Shown: piece by piece, positions 7,383 to 15,484 of the stretch
Layout of the letters: every line of letters starts with the position of its first letter
Numbering within the stretch: the first letter of the stretch is position 1
Origin: Verrucomicrobiaceae bacterium
GTDB taxonomy: Bacteria > Verrucomicrobiota > Verrucomicrobiia > Verrucomicrobiales > Verrucomicrobiaceae
Assembly: GCA_947466075.1 (NCBI GenBank)
Contig: CANIBP010000007.1
Location: forward strand, 9,272-73,271
Length of the DNA stretch: 64,000 nt
Direction of reading: 5' to 3'
Position numbers and translations under genes: made by a program
The notes under the pieces: model-generated
Databases searched by the model: none
Told to the model about the DNA's origin: nothing
What the model saw: the letters and a program-made list of their open reading frames with translations, nothing else

Positions 7383-10300
7383 ATGCTGAGCAACGCCCAT
7401 CTCCTCATCGCTGCCTTGTTAGCGGCCGCATCAACCGCTTCAGCGGAAACCATCGGCTTTAATAAGGACATCCGCCCCATCCTGGCGGATGCGTGCTTTC
7501 ACTGCCATGGTCCTGACCCAGGAACGCGCAAAGCGGGGCTGAGGCTGGATACCGAAGCTGGATTTTTCACCGCCAAGAAAGATGAGCAGCCAACGGTCAT
7601 CAAAGGTCAGCCGGACAAGAGCAGTTTGTTTCAACGTCTCCTCTCCAAAGATGAAGACGAGATCATGCCGCCGCCGGAGTCGCATAAGACGCTGAAGCCG
7701 GCTGAAATCGCCAAGGTGAAGGCTTGGATCGAGCAAGGCGCTCCCTGGCAGCCGCATTGGTCGCTGATCCAGCCGCAGCGCTCGACCTCACCTGAGGTGA
7801 AGGACAAGGCATGGGTGAAGACACCGGTGGATCGTTTTGTTTTGTCTAAACTGGAGGCCGCAGGACTCAAACCCGCGCCAGAGGCAGATGCACACGCGCT
7901 CATTCGTCGTGTAAGTCTCGACCTGACGGGGCTGCCGCCTTCGCCGGAGTTGGTGAAGCACTATGCCACCGCTGACAAGCTCACGGACGCTCAACTCAGC
8001 GCGCTCGTCGATGAACTCATGGAGTCTCCCGCATACGGCGAGCATCGCGCTCGTTACTGGCTGGATGCAGCACGTTATGGCGACTCGCACGGCCTGCATT
8101 TTGATAAACCACGCGAGATGTGGCCTTACCGCGATTGGGTGGTGAAAGCCTTCAACCTCAACCAGCCTTTCGATCAGTTCACCATTCAGCAAATCGCGGG
8201 CGATTTGCTGCCAAAGCCCACCGAGGACCAGCTCGTGGCCACGGGCTTCCAGCGCTGCAACATCACCACGAATGAAGGCGGCACCATTGATGAGGAAAAC
8301 CTCGCCAACTACGCCGCGGATCGTGTGCAAACGATGGGCTGGGTCTATTTCGGCCTCACCACGAATTGCTCGCAATGCCACGATCACAAGTTCGACCCCA
8401 TCACGCAGCGCGACTATTACTCGATGGCCGCCTTTTTCCGCAACACGACGCAGAAGGCCAAGGACGGCAACGTGAAGGATGGCCTCGGCCCTATTCTTGT
8501 GCTACCGACGGACACAGATCGTCCGCGTTGGACTGCCCTGCCCGCCGAGATCGCTGCGGCGAAAACCAAGCTGGATGAATCACGCAAAGGCGCGAAGCCG
8601 AGCTTTGATCAATGGCTTGCCAGTGCGAAGCCCGAAGACCTCGACAAAGACGTGCCGAGCAAAGGCATCGTCGCTCATCTGCCGCTGAATGAAGGCGTGG
8701 GCAGTGAAGTCACGGGCGTGTGCGGTGCGCCGAAGAAATTCAAAGCCACCGGCGAAGTCTCGTGGAAGCCCGATGGCAAACTCGGGCCTGCTCCGGTGAT
8801 GAAAGCAGGCGGCACCTTTGAGATCGGCGACGTGGGCGACTTTGAAAAGAATCACGCCTTCAGCTATGGCGCATGGGTTCGTGCAGGCCGCGCAGGCGTC
8901 TTCGGCGGCATCCTCGCTCGCATGGACGAGAAGGGCGACTATCGAGGTTGGGACCTTTTCCAAAACGACACCAAGCTCAGCGTTCACATCGTCAGCAAAT
9001 GGCCCGACGACGCGATCAAAGTCACCACGAATAAGCCCGCACTGCGGCCCAATGTTTGGCAGCACGTCTTCGTCACCTATGACGGCAAAGGAAAAGCCGG
9101 TGGCGTGCGCATCTTCATCAATGGTGAGGACACGCCCGTGAAAGCCGAAACCAATGCACTCAAAGGCAGCATCAAGACCACCACACCCACACGCATCGGC
9201 CAGCGCAGCCACACGCAGCTCTTCACGGACGGCGGCGTGCAGGACGTGCGCATCTATGACCGCCAACTCAGCGCAGCGGAAGTGATGACCATTTCCAAAG
9301 TCGGCCCGCTGAGCACCATGCTCGCAGCCAAGAAACAAGGCCCGAAACAGCAGGAGGCCCTCTTTGAGCACTACCTCGTCACTCGCGATACCACCTATCA
9401 GGCCGCATCGGCTCAAAGCGGCAAGCTCACCGCCGAACAAGAAGCCATCAAAGCCCGCAGCCCCATCACACACATCCAGCAAGAGAAGATGGACGCCAAA
9501 CCCATGGCCAACATCCTCATGCGTGGTGCCTATGACAAAGTCGGCGATCAGGTCGATGCCGCCGTACCTGCTTCACTCGGCAAATTGCCCGCGAATGCTC
9601 CGAGGAACCGACTCGGCCTCGCGCAGTGGCTCGTCGCAGCCGAAAATCCGCTCACCGCACGCGTCACCGTGAACCGCTTCTGGCAGGAGCTCTTCGGCGC
9701 AGGCATCGTGAAGACCAGCGACGACTTCGGCATCATGGGCAGCGCTCCCACGCATCCCGAATTGCTCGACTGGCTCGCCGTCGAGTTCCGTGAGAGCGGC
9801 TGGGATGTGAAGCGCTTCTACAAGATGCTTCTCACCTCCGCCACCTACCGCCAGGCCGCACTCATCACGCCGGAGAAGATCGAAAAAGATCGCGATAATT
9901 CGCTCCTCAGCCGCGGCCCACGTTTCCGCATGGATGCCGAGATGATCCGCGACTACGCACTCGCCGCCAGCAGCACGCTCTCACCTCGCATGGGCGGCCC
10001 TGGCACCATGCCGTATCAGCCCGAGAACATCTGGGAAGTCGTCGGACTCGGCACCGAGAAGTACAAGCAAGACAACGGCGAGAACCTCTATCGCCGCACG
10101 CTCTACAACTTCTGGAAGCGCATGTCCCCTTCCCCCAACATGGACATCTTCAACGCGCCCTCGCGTGAAGTGAGCTGCGTCCGCCGCGACCGCACCAACA
10201 CCCCGTTGCAAGCCCTCGTCACCATGAACGACCCCCAGTTCATCGAAGCTGCCCGCAACCTCGCCCAAAAAGCCATCGCGACCTCAGACCCACTCGCCTA

Positions 10301-10529
10301 CATCGCCGAGCACATCCTCTGCCGCCCACTCAAAGCCAACGAACTCACCATCCTCAACACCAGCCTCACCGACCTCCGCAAGCACTACACCACCAGCGCC
10401 GCCGACGCCGAAGCTCTCCTCAAAGTCGGTGAATCCAAACCCGACGAGAAGCTCCCGAAAGCCGAACTCGCGGCTTGGACGATGCTCGCGAATCAGCTCA
10501 TGAACCTGGACGAAGTCCTCAACAAATAA
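7383..10529 (+). CDS. PSCyt1/PSCyt2/PSD (DUF1549/DUF1553) protein with haem-binding CxxCH and an inserted LamG-like domain
   Basis: Signal peptide. CFHCHGPD planctomycete cytochrome c motif. DUF1549-like (RRVSLDLTGLPPSPE) and DUF1553-like (NCSQCHDHKFDP, C-terminal NRFWQELFG) blocks. A central concanavalin-like segment. Confidence 0.9.
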   Translation: MLSNAHLLIAALLAAASTASAETIGFNKDIRPILADACFHCHGPDPGTRKAGLRLDTEAGFFTAKKDEQPTVIKGQPDKSSLFQRLLSKDEDEIMPPPESHKTLKPAEIAKVKAWIEQGAPWQPHWSLIQPQRSTSPEVKDKAWVKTPVDRFVLSKLEAAGLKPAPEADAHALIRRVSLDLTGLPPSPELVKHYATADKLTDAQLSALVDELMESPAYGEHRARYWLDAARYGDSHGLHFDKPREMWPYRDWVVKAFNLNQPFDQFTIQQIAGDLLPKPTEDQLVATGFQRCNITTNEGGTIDEENLANYAADRVQTMGWVYFGLTTNCSQCHDHKFDPITQRDYYSMAAFFRNTTQKAKDGNVKDGLGPILVLPTDTDRPRWTALPAEIAAAKTKLDESRKGAKPSFDQWLASAKPEDLDKDVPSKGIVAHLPLNEGVGSEVTGVCGAPKKFKATGEVSWKPDGKLGPAPVMKAGGTFEIGDVGDFEKNHAFSYGAWVRAGRAGVFGGILARMDEKGDYRGWDLFQNDTKLSVHIVSKWPDDAIKVTTNKPALRPNVWQHVFVTYDGKGKAGGVRIFINGEDTPVKAETNALKGSIKTTTPTRIGQRSHTQLFTDGGVQDVRIYDRQLSAAEVMTISKVGPLSTMLAAKKQGPKQQEALFEHYLVTRDTTYQAASAQSGKLTAEQEAIKARSPITHIQQEKMDAKPMANILMRGAYDKVGDQVDAAVPASLGKLPANAPRNRLGLAQWLVAAENPLTARVTVNRFWQELFGAGIVKTSDDFGIMGSAPTHPELLDWLAVEFRESGWDVKRFYKMLLTSATYRQAALITPEKIEKDRDNSLLSRGPRFRMDAEMIRDYALAASSTLSPRMGGPGTMPYQPENIWEVVGLGTEKYKQDNGENLYRRTLYNFWKRMSPSPNMDIFNAPSREVSCVRRDRTNTPLQALVTMNDPQFIEAARNLAQKAIATSDPLAYIAEHILCRPLKANELTILNTSLTDLRKHYTTSAADAEALLKVGESKPDEKLPKAELAAWTMLANQLMNLDEVLNK

Positions 10530-10539
10530 TCCAACCGCC

Positions 10540-11988
10540 ATGCATCTTCTTCAAGAATGGAATACCCATCAGACTCGCCGTCAGCTCTTCGCTCGCGGTA
10601 AAAACGTGCTCGGTGGTGCGGCGCTGGCTTCGCTGTTTGGCGAGTCTTTGGCGAATGCCTCGAATGCGCATGCTCAAGGGCCGCAGTTTCCGCCGAAAGC
10701 CAAGCGGGTGATCTACCTGCACATGGTCGGTGGCCCGGCGCAGATGGATTTGTTCGACTACAAGCCGCAGATGCAGGCCTATTACGACAAGGACCTGCCA
10801 GAGAGCATCCGCAATGGCCAGCGACTCACGACGATGACCAGTGGACAGGCGCGTTTCCCCATCGCGCCATCGAAGTTCCAGTTCAGTGCCGCAGGCCAGT
10901 GTGGCATGATGATGAACACACAGTTGCTGCCAAACCTCGCCAAAAATGCCGACGACATCTGCTGGATGCGCTCGCTGCACACCGAAGCGATCAATCATGA
11001 GCCGGCCATCTGCGCCATGCAGACGGGGAATCAGATTGGCGGGCGTCCATGCCTCGGCTCCTGGGCCTCCTACGGCCTCGGGTCGATGAACTCGAATCTG
11101 CCCACCTTTGTCGTGCTCATCGCCACGCCGAGCAATCGCGAGCAGGAGCAGGCCATCTCATCGCGTCTCTGGTCCAGCGGTTATCTGCCCGGTGAGCACG
11201 CGGGCGTGAGCTTCCGCAGCAAAGGCGACCCCATTCTCTTCATCAACAATCCTCCTGGCGTGCCCGATAGCGTGCGCAAGCGTACCATTGAAGGATTGAA
11301 CGCCCTGAACGAGATCAACTACCAGCAAGTCGGCGATCCCGATACGCACACGCGCATTCAGCAATACGAAATGGCCTTCCGCATGCAGGCTAGCGTGCCG
11401 GAGCTCACCGACATCACCAAAGAGCCCGACCACATCTACAAACTCTACGGCGAGGAAGCCAAGAAGCCCGGCAGCTTTGCCAACAGCGTGCTCATGGCCC
11501 GCCGATTGGTCGAGCGCGGTGTGCGCTTCGTGCAGATCTACCACAACAACTGGGACCATCACAGCAACGTCGGTGGTCGCATGCCCAGCCAGTGCAAAGA
11601 CGTCGATCAACCCTGCTCCGCCCTCATCCAGGATCTCAAGCAGCGCGGCATGTTCGACGACACCCTCATCATCTGGGGCGGCGAATTTGGCCGCACGATC
11701 TACAGCCAAGGCGGCCTCACCAAAGAAAACTACGGCCGCGATCACCATCCACGCTGCTTCAGCATGTGGATGGCCGGCGGCGGCGCCAAAGGCGGCCAGA
11801 TCTACGGTGAGACGGACGACTTCAGCTACAACATCGTCAAAGACCCGCTCCACATCAGCGACTTCCACGCCACCGTGCTGGAACTCCTCGGCTTCCACGC
11901 CGACCGCTTCAGCTTCAAGACGCAAGGCCTTGATGGCAAACTCATCGGCATAAATCCCGCGAAACCGGTGAAGGCGCTGATGGCTTGA
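10540..11988 (+). CDS. DUF1501 (sulfatase-fold) protein, Tat signal
   Basis: TRRQLFARG twin-arginine region, YLHMVGGPAQMDLFDYKP and WGGEFGRT...GRDHH blocks typical of DUF1501. The usual partner of the preceding PSCyt/PSD gene. Confidence 0.9.
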   Translation: MHLLQEWNTHQTRRQLFARGKNVLGGAALASLFGESLANASNAHAQGPQFPPKAKRVIYLHMVGGPAQMDLFDYKPQMQAYYDKDLPESIRNGQRLTTMTSGQARFPIAPSKFQFSAAGQCGMMMNTQLLPNLAKNADDICWMRSLHTEAINHEPAICAMQTGNQIGGRPCLGSWASYGLGSMNSNLPTFVVLIATPSNREQEQAISSRLWSSGYLPGEHAGVSFRSKGDPILFINNPPGVPDSVRKRTIEGLNALNEINYQQVGDPDTHTRIQQYEMAFRMQASVPELTDITKEPDHIYKLYGEEAKKPGSFANSVLMARRLVERGVRFVQIYHNNWDHHSNVGGRMPSQCKDVDQPCSALIQDLKQRGMFDDTLIIWGGEFGRTIYSQGGLTKENYGRDHHPRCFSMWMAGGGAKGGQIYGETDDFSYNIVKDPLHISDFHATVLELLGFHADRFSFKTQGLDGKLIGINPAKPVKALMA

Positions 11989-12711
11989 TCATTTCGCATT
12001 CAATCCGCGAAACTTCCCCGGAGCCATGCCTGCATAGCGGCTGAAGTGCCGCGTGAACGCACTCTGATCACACCAACCCGTTTCGATGGCGATATCCGCC
12101 AGCGATTGATCCGTCTCACGAAGCAAACGCGTCGCTTCATCAAGACGTAGCTTGTGCAGCAGTTGCAGCGGACTCATTTGAAAAAGGCGCTGCACACGCT
12201 GCTCAAACTGATACACACTCAGCCCGGCCTTCGTGGCGATGTCCACGATGCGCAGACTCTCGGTGAAATGTTTCTGCATGTGGCGCAAAGCCGATGAGAG
12301 TTCCGCGAATCCGCTCGCCTTGTCACTCGGCGCATTCAGATCACGCGAAATGCCGGCCACACCGATGATGCGGCCCTTGTCATCGCGCAGAGCGTGCTTC
12401 GTGGTCAAACACCAACCAGCTTTGCTGCCACTATAGATGTGCAACTCCAACTGATGCTCCACTGGCTTGCCCGTCTTGAGCACATGCTCATCCTGCCGGG
12501 CATAACTAGCCGCCAACGCTGCTGGAAACACTTCCTCTGGCCGCTTGCCGATCAGCTTGGTCTTATCCCCACCCGCACAGCGATTCGCCAGCGTCTGATT
12601 CACCCTCACATAGCGACCTACGGTGTCCTTGATGAAGAAAACCACATCCGGCAGCGCATCGAAGAGCACTTCCGTGACTGCATGCTGAGAGAAGGGTCCG
12701 GTTGAATCCAT
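11989..12711 (-). CDS. AraC-family transcriptional regulator with N-terminal PAS domain
   Basis: A PAS-like N-terminus (DVVFFIKDTVGRYVRVNQTL...IIGVAGISRDL) and a C-terminal HTH_AraC (GLSVYQFEQRVQRLF...GWCDQSAFTRHFSRYAGMAPGKFR). The start is placed at MDSTGPF (ATG 12709-12711). Divergent from the DapA-family gene. Confidence 0.85.
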   Translation of the reverse strand: MDSTGPFSQHAVTEVLFDALPDVVFFIKDTVGRYVRVNQTLANRCAGGDKTKLIGKRPEEVFPAALAASYARQDEHVLKTGKPVEHQLELHIYSGSKAGWCLTTKHALRDDKGRIIGVAGISRDLNAPSDKASGFAELSSALRHMQKHFTESLRIVDIATKAGLSVYQFEQRVQRLFQMSPLQLLHKLRLDEATRLLRETDQSLADIAIETGWCDQSAFTRHFSRYAGMAPGKFRGLNAK

Positions 12712-12787
12712 GTTTTGGCTGAAATGACAGTTTGACGGCCAAAAAGCAATCAAGACCATCAACGCCTTTCGTTTGATCTTCCAACTT

Positions 12788-13684
12788 ATGAACCCATCCA
12801 CATGGTCCGGCGTATTCCCGGCAGTCCTCACTCAATTGCACCAGGATCAGTCGCTTGACCTCGCGGCTTCGGCCAAGCACTGGCAGGCACAGATCGACGT
12901 TGGAGTCTCAGGCTTGATCGTGTGCGGTTCTCTTGGTGAAAATCAGTGTCTCCAGCCAGAGGAAAAACGTGCCGTGGTCAAACACGCCGTCGAAGTCGCC
13001 GCAGGTCGCGTGCCTGTGGTCAGTGGCGTGGCCGAAATGAACACACAAGCCGCCGTCCGCTACATGCAGGACTGCGAAAAGCTCGGCGCGTCCGGATTCA
13101 TGATCATGCCACCGATGGTTTACAAGACCGACCCGCGCGAGACGCAGCATTGGTTCCGCACGCTGGCGAAAGCGACGCCGCTCTCCTGGATGCTTTACAA
13201 CAACCCCGTCGGCTACCACACCGATGTCACGCCCGAGATGTTCGTCGAACTCGCCGACATCCCGAACCTTCACGCCATTAAAGAAAGCAGCTCCAACACG
13301 CGCCGCATCACCGAGCTGCGCAATCAAACCGGCGACCGTTACCGCATTTTCACCGGTGTGGACGATCTCTTCCTCGAGTCCGCCATCCTCGGCATCGACG
13401 GCTGGGTTTGCGGCAGCGGCATCGCTTTCCCAAAAGAAAACCAACAGCTCTGGGACCTCGCCAAAGCTGGTAAATGGGACGAATGCCGCACGCTGTATCG
13501 CTGGAGCCAGCCGCTCATGAAGCTCGATACGCACCTCCACTTCGTGCAATACATCAAGCTCCTCTGCCAGGAGACCGGCCTCGGCCAAGAATGGGTGCGC
13601 GAGCCACGCCTGCCACTCGCAGGCGCTGAGCGCGATCAGGTGCTCAAAATCATCCGCGATGCGCTAGCGAAGCGCCCAGCGTGA
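12788..13684 (+). CDS. DapA/NAL-family lyase (candidate pyrroline-4-hydroxy-2-carboxylate deaminase or 4-hydroxy-2-oxoglutarate aldolase)
   Basis: DHDPS-family pattern (GLIVCGSLGENQCL, YNNPVGYHTD, IKESS). The track start at 12773 is TTG; ATG 12788 (MNPSTW) is preferred. The substrate is inferred only from neighbours. Confidence 0.8.
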   Translation: MNPSTWSGVFPAVLTQLHQDQSLDLAASAKHWQAQIDVGVSGLIVCGSLGENQCLQPEEKRAVVKHAVEVAAGRVPVVSGVAEMNTQAAVRYMQDCEKLGASGFMIMPPMVYKTDPRETQHWFRTLAKATPLSWMLYNNPVGYHTDVTPEMFVELADIPNLHAIKESSSNTRRITELRNQTGDRYRIFTGVDDLFLESAILGIDGWVCGSGIAFPKENQQLWDLAKAGKWDECRTLYRWSQPLMKLDTHLHFVQYIKLLCQETGLGQEWVREPRLPLAGAERDQVLKIIRDALAKRPA

Positions 13685-13728
13685 TGATCCGCATTGCATC
13701 TTGAGACGCTTTCCGATATTGAAAGCGC

Positions 13729-14535
13729 ATGGTTCGCCCACGCAAAAAATACACCGTTCACGATCTCCGTAAGCTCAAAGGCAAACGCTGCCTCACGCAC
13801 ATCCATGTGAAGTCGCCGGAGGAGGCGATCGCAGCCGAAGCGGCAGGGATCGATCTCATGAGCTGCAGCTTCGATTCGCCGGAGGCCCACGCACGGCTGC
13901 CGCTGCTCGTCGCCGCTGCACCCACGGCTTTCCTTTCCGGCTCCACGCCGCATGGCATGGCCACACAGGAGGAGGCCATCCGCACCGGCTTCCGCGCTCT
14001 CGAAATGGGTGCCAGCAGCGTGTATTGCTCCGGTAGCCCGTTTTTGATCGAGGCGATGGCTCGCGAAGGCATCCCCGTCGTCGGCCACATTGGCATGGTG
14101 CCGCGTCATGTCACGTGGACTGGCTACCGCAGCCTCGGCAAGACCGTGGATGAAGCGAAGGCGATCTATCGCAAGATGAAGGACCTCGAAAACGCCGGTG
14201 CCTATGCCGCCGAGATCGAAATCGTGCCGCACAACCTCGCCTCGTGGCTTTGCAAGCAAACGAGCATGCTGCTCATGTCCCTCGGCTCCGGCACGGGCTG
14301 CGACACGCAGTTCCTTTTCTCCTGCGACATTCTCGGCGACTACGACGAGCGCATCCCGCGCCACGCCAAGTCCTACCGCAACTTCGCCGAAGAAAACCGC
14401 CGCCTGCAAAACGAGCGCATCGCCGCCTTCAGCGAATACGTCGCCGACGTGACCCAAGGCCGCTTCCCCGAGCGCAGCCACCTCACGGAAATGGACGCTG
14501 CTTTGCTCGATGAAGTGGTACGCTCCATTCCATGA
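13729..14535 (+). CDS. PanB-family (ketopantoate hydroxymethyltransferase-like, ICL/PEPM superfamily) enzyme
   Basis: Blocks are collinear with E. coli PanB as I remember it: VVGHIGMVPRH (VCGHLGLTPQS), EIEIVPHNLA (VLECVP), SLGSGTGCDTQFLF (GIGAGNVTDGQILV), and the C-terminal YVADVTQGRFPERSH (YMAEVESGVYPGEEH). Confidence 0.7.
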   Translation: MVRPRKKYTVHDLRKLKGKRCLTHIHVKSPEEAIAAEAAGIDLMSCSFDSPEAHARLPLLVAAAPTAFLSGSTPHGMATQEEAIRTGFRALEMGASSVYCSGSPFLIEAMAREGIPVVGHIGMVPRHVTWTGYRSLGKTVDEAKAIYRKMKDLENAGAYAAEIEIVPHNLASWLCKQTSMLLMSLGSGTGCDTQFLFSCDILGDYDERIPRHAKSYRNFAEENRRLQNERIAAFSEYVADVTQGRFPERSHLTEMDAALLDEVVRSIP

Positions 14536-14620
14536 GATGATTCGTGCGATTTGAGCGAATTCACGCCTCCTCTGCCGGAATTAGCCAAGAAGCACCACTA
14601 GCGCGGGCCACGGTGCTTCC

Positions 14621-15484
14621 ATGAAGCGCATCCCCATCATCGACTCCCACACCGGCGGCGAGCCCACTCGCACGATCTTGAGTGGCGTGACGGCCGATGA
14701 ACTCGAAACCTACCGCCGTCCCATCATTTGCGAGCCGCGCGGGCATGAGGTGATCGTCGGTGCGTTAATTGTAGAGCCGAAAGACGCGTCGTGTGCCGCT
14801 GGCGTGATCTTTTTCAACAACGTCGGCCTGCTTGGCATGTGCGGACATGGCATGATTGGCCTCATCGCGACGCTGAAGCATCTCGGACGCATCAGCACGG
14901 GCGAACATCGTGTCGAGACCCCCGTCGGCATTGTGACCGCCACGCTGCACGACGATAGCTGCGTGAGCATTCGCAGTGTGCTGTCCTATCGAAAAGAAAA
15001 AGCCGTGAAGGCAGGCAGCGTCACCGGTGATGTCGCGTGGAGTGGAAACTGGTTCTTCCTCGTCGCGGATCATGGACTCGATCTCACGCTGAAAAACATC
15101 CCGCAGCTCACGCAGGCCAGTTTAGAGATGCGCGAGGCCGTGCGAGCCGCTGGCTATCCGGAGGTGGATCACGTCGAGCTTTTCGCGCCGCCGCACGAGG
15201 CTGCGAATCACAGCCGCAACTTCGTCCTCTGCCCTGGTGGCGAATACGATCGCTCCCCCTGCGGCACCGGCACCAGCGCGAAGCTCGCGTGTCTTGCTGC
15301 CGATGGAAAACTCGCTCCCGGCGAGTTGTGGCAGCAGGAAAGCATCCTCGGCAGCGTGTTTGAAGGCAGTTACGAAAACTGCGACGGCGGCATCATTCCC
15401 ACCATCACGGGTCGGGCCTTCATCACGGCTGAATCCACGCTCATCCTTGATCCACAAGATCCTTTCCAATTTGGCATCGCATGA
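14621..15484 (+). CDS. proline-racemase-family enzyme, Cys/Cys type (probable 4-hydroxyproline 2-epimerase)
   Basis: [12 protein letters not shown]-terminus. Catalytic pair MCGHG and SPCGTGTSA, both Cys, which argues for an epimerase/racemase rather than a Cys/Thr dehydratase. Confidence 0.85.
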   Translation: MKRIPIIDSHTGGEPTRTILSGVTADELETYRRPIICEPRGHEVIVGALIVEPKDASCAAGVIFFNNVGLLGMCGHGMIGLIATLKHLGRISTGEHRVETPVGIVTATLHDDSCVSIRSVLSYRKEKAVKAGSVTGDVAWSGNWFFLVADHGLDLTLKNIPQLTQASLEMREAVRAAGYPEVDHVELFAPPHEAANHSRNFVLCPGGEYDRSPCGTGTSAKLACLAADGKLAPGELWQQESILGSVFEGSYENCDGGIIPTITGRAFITAESTLILDPQDPFQFGIA

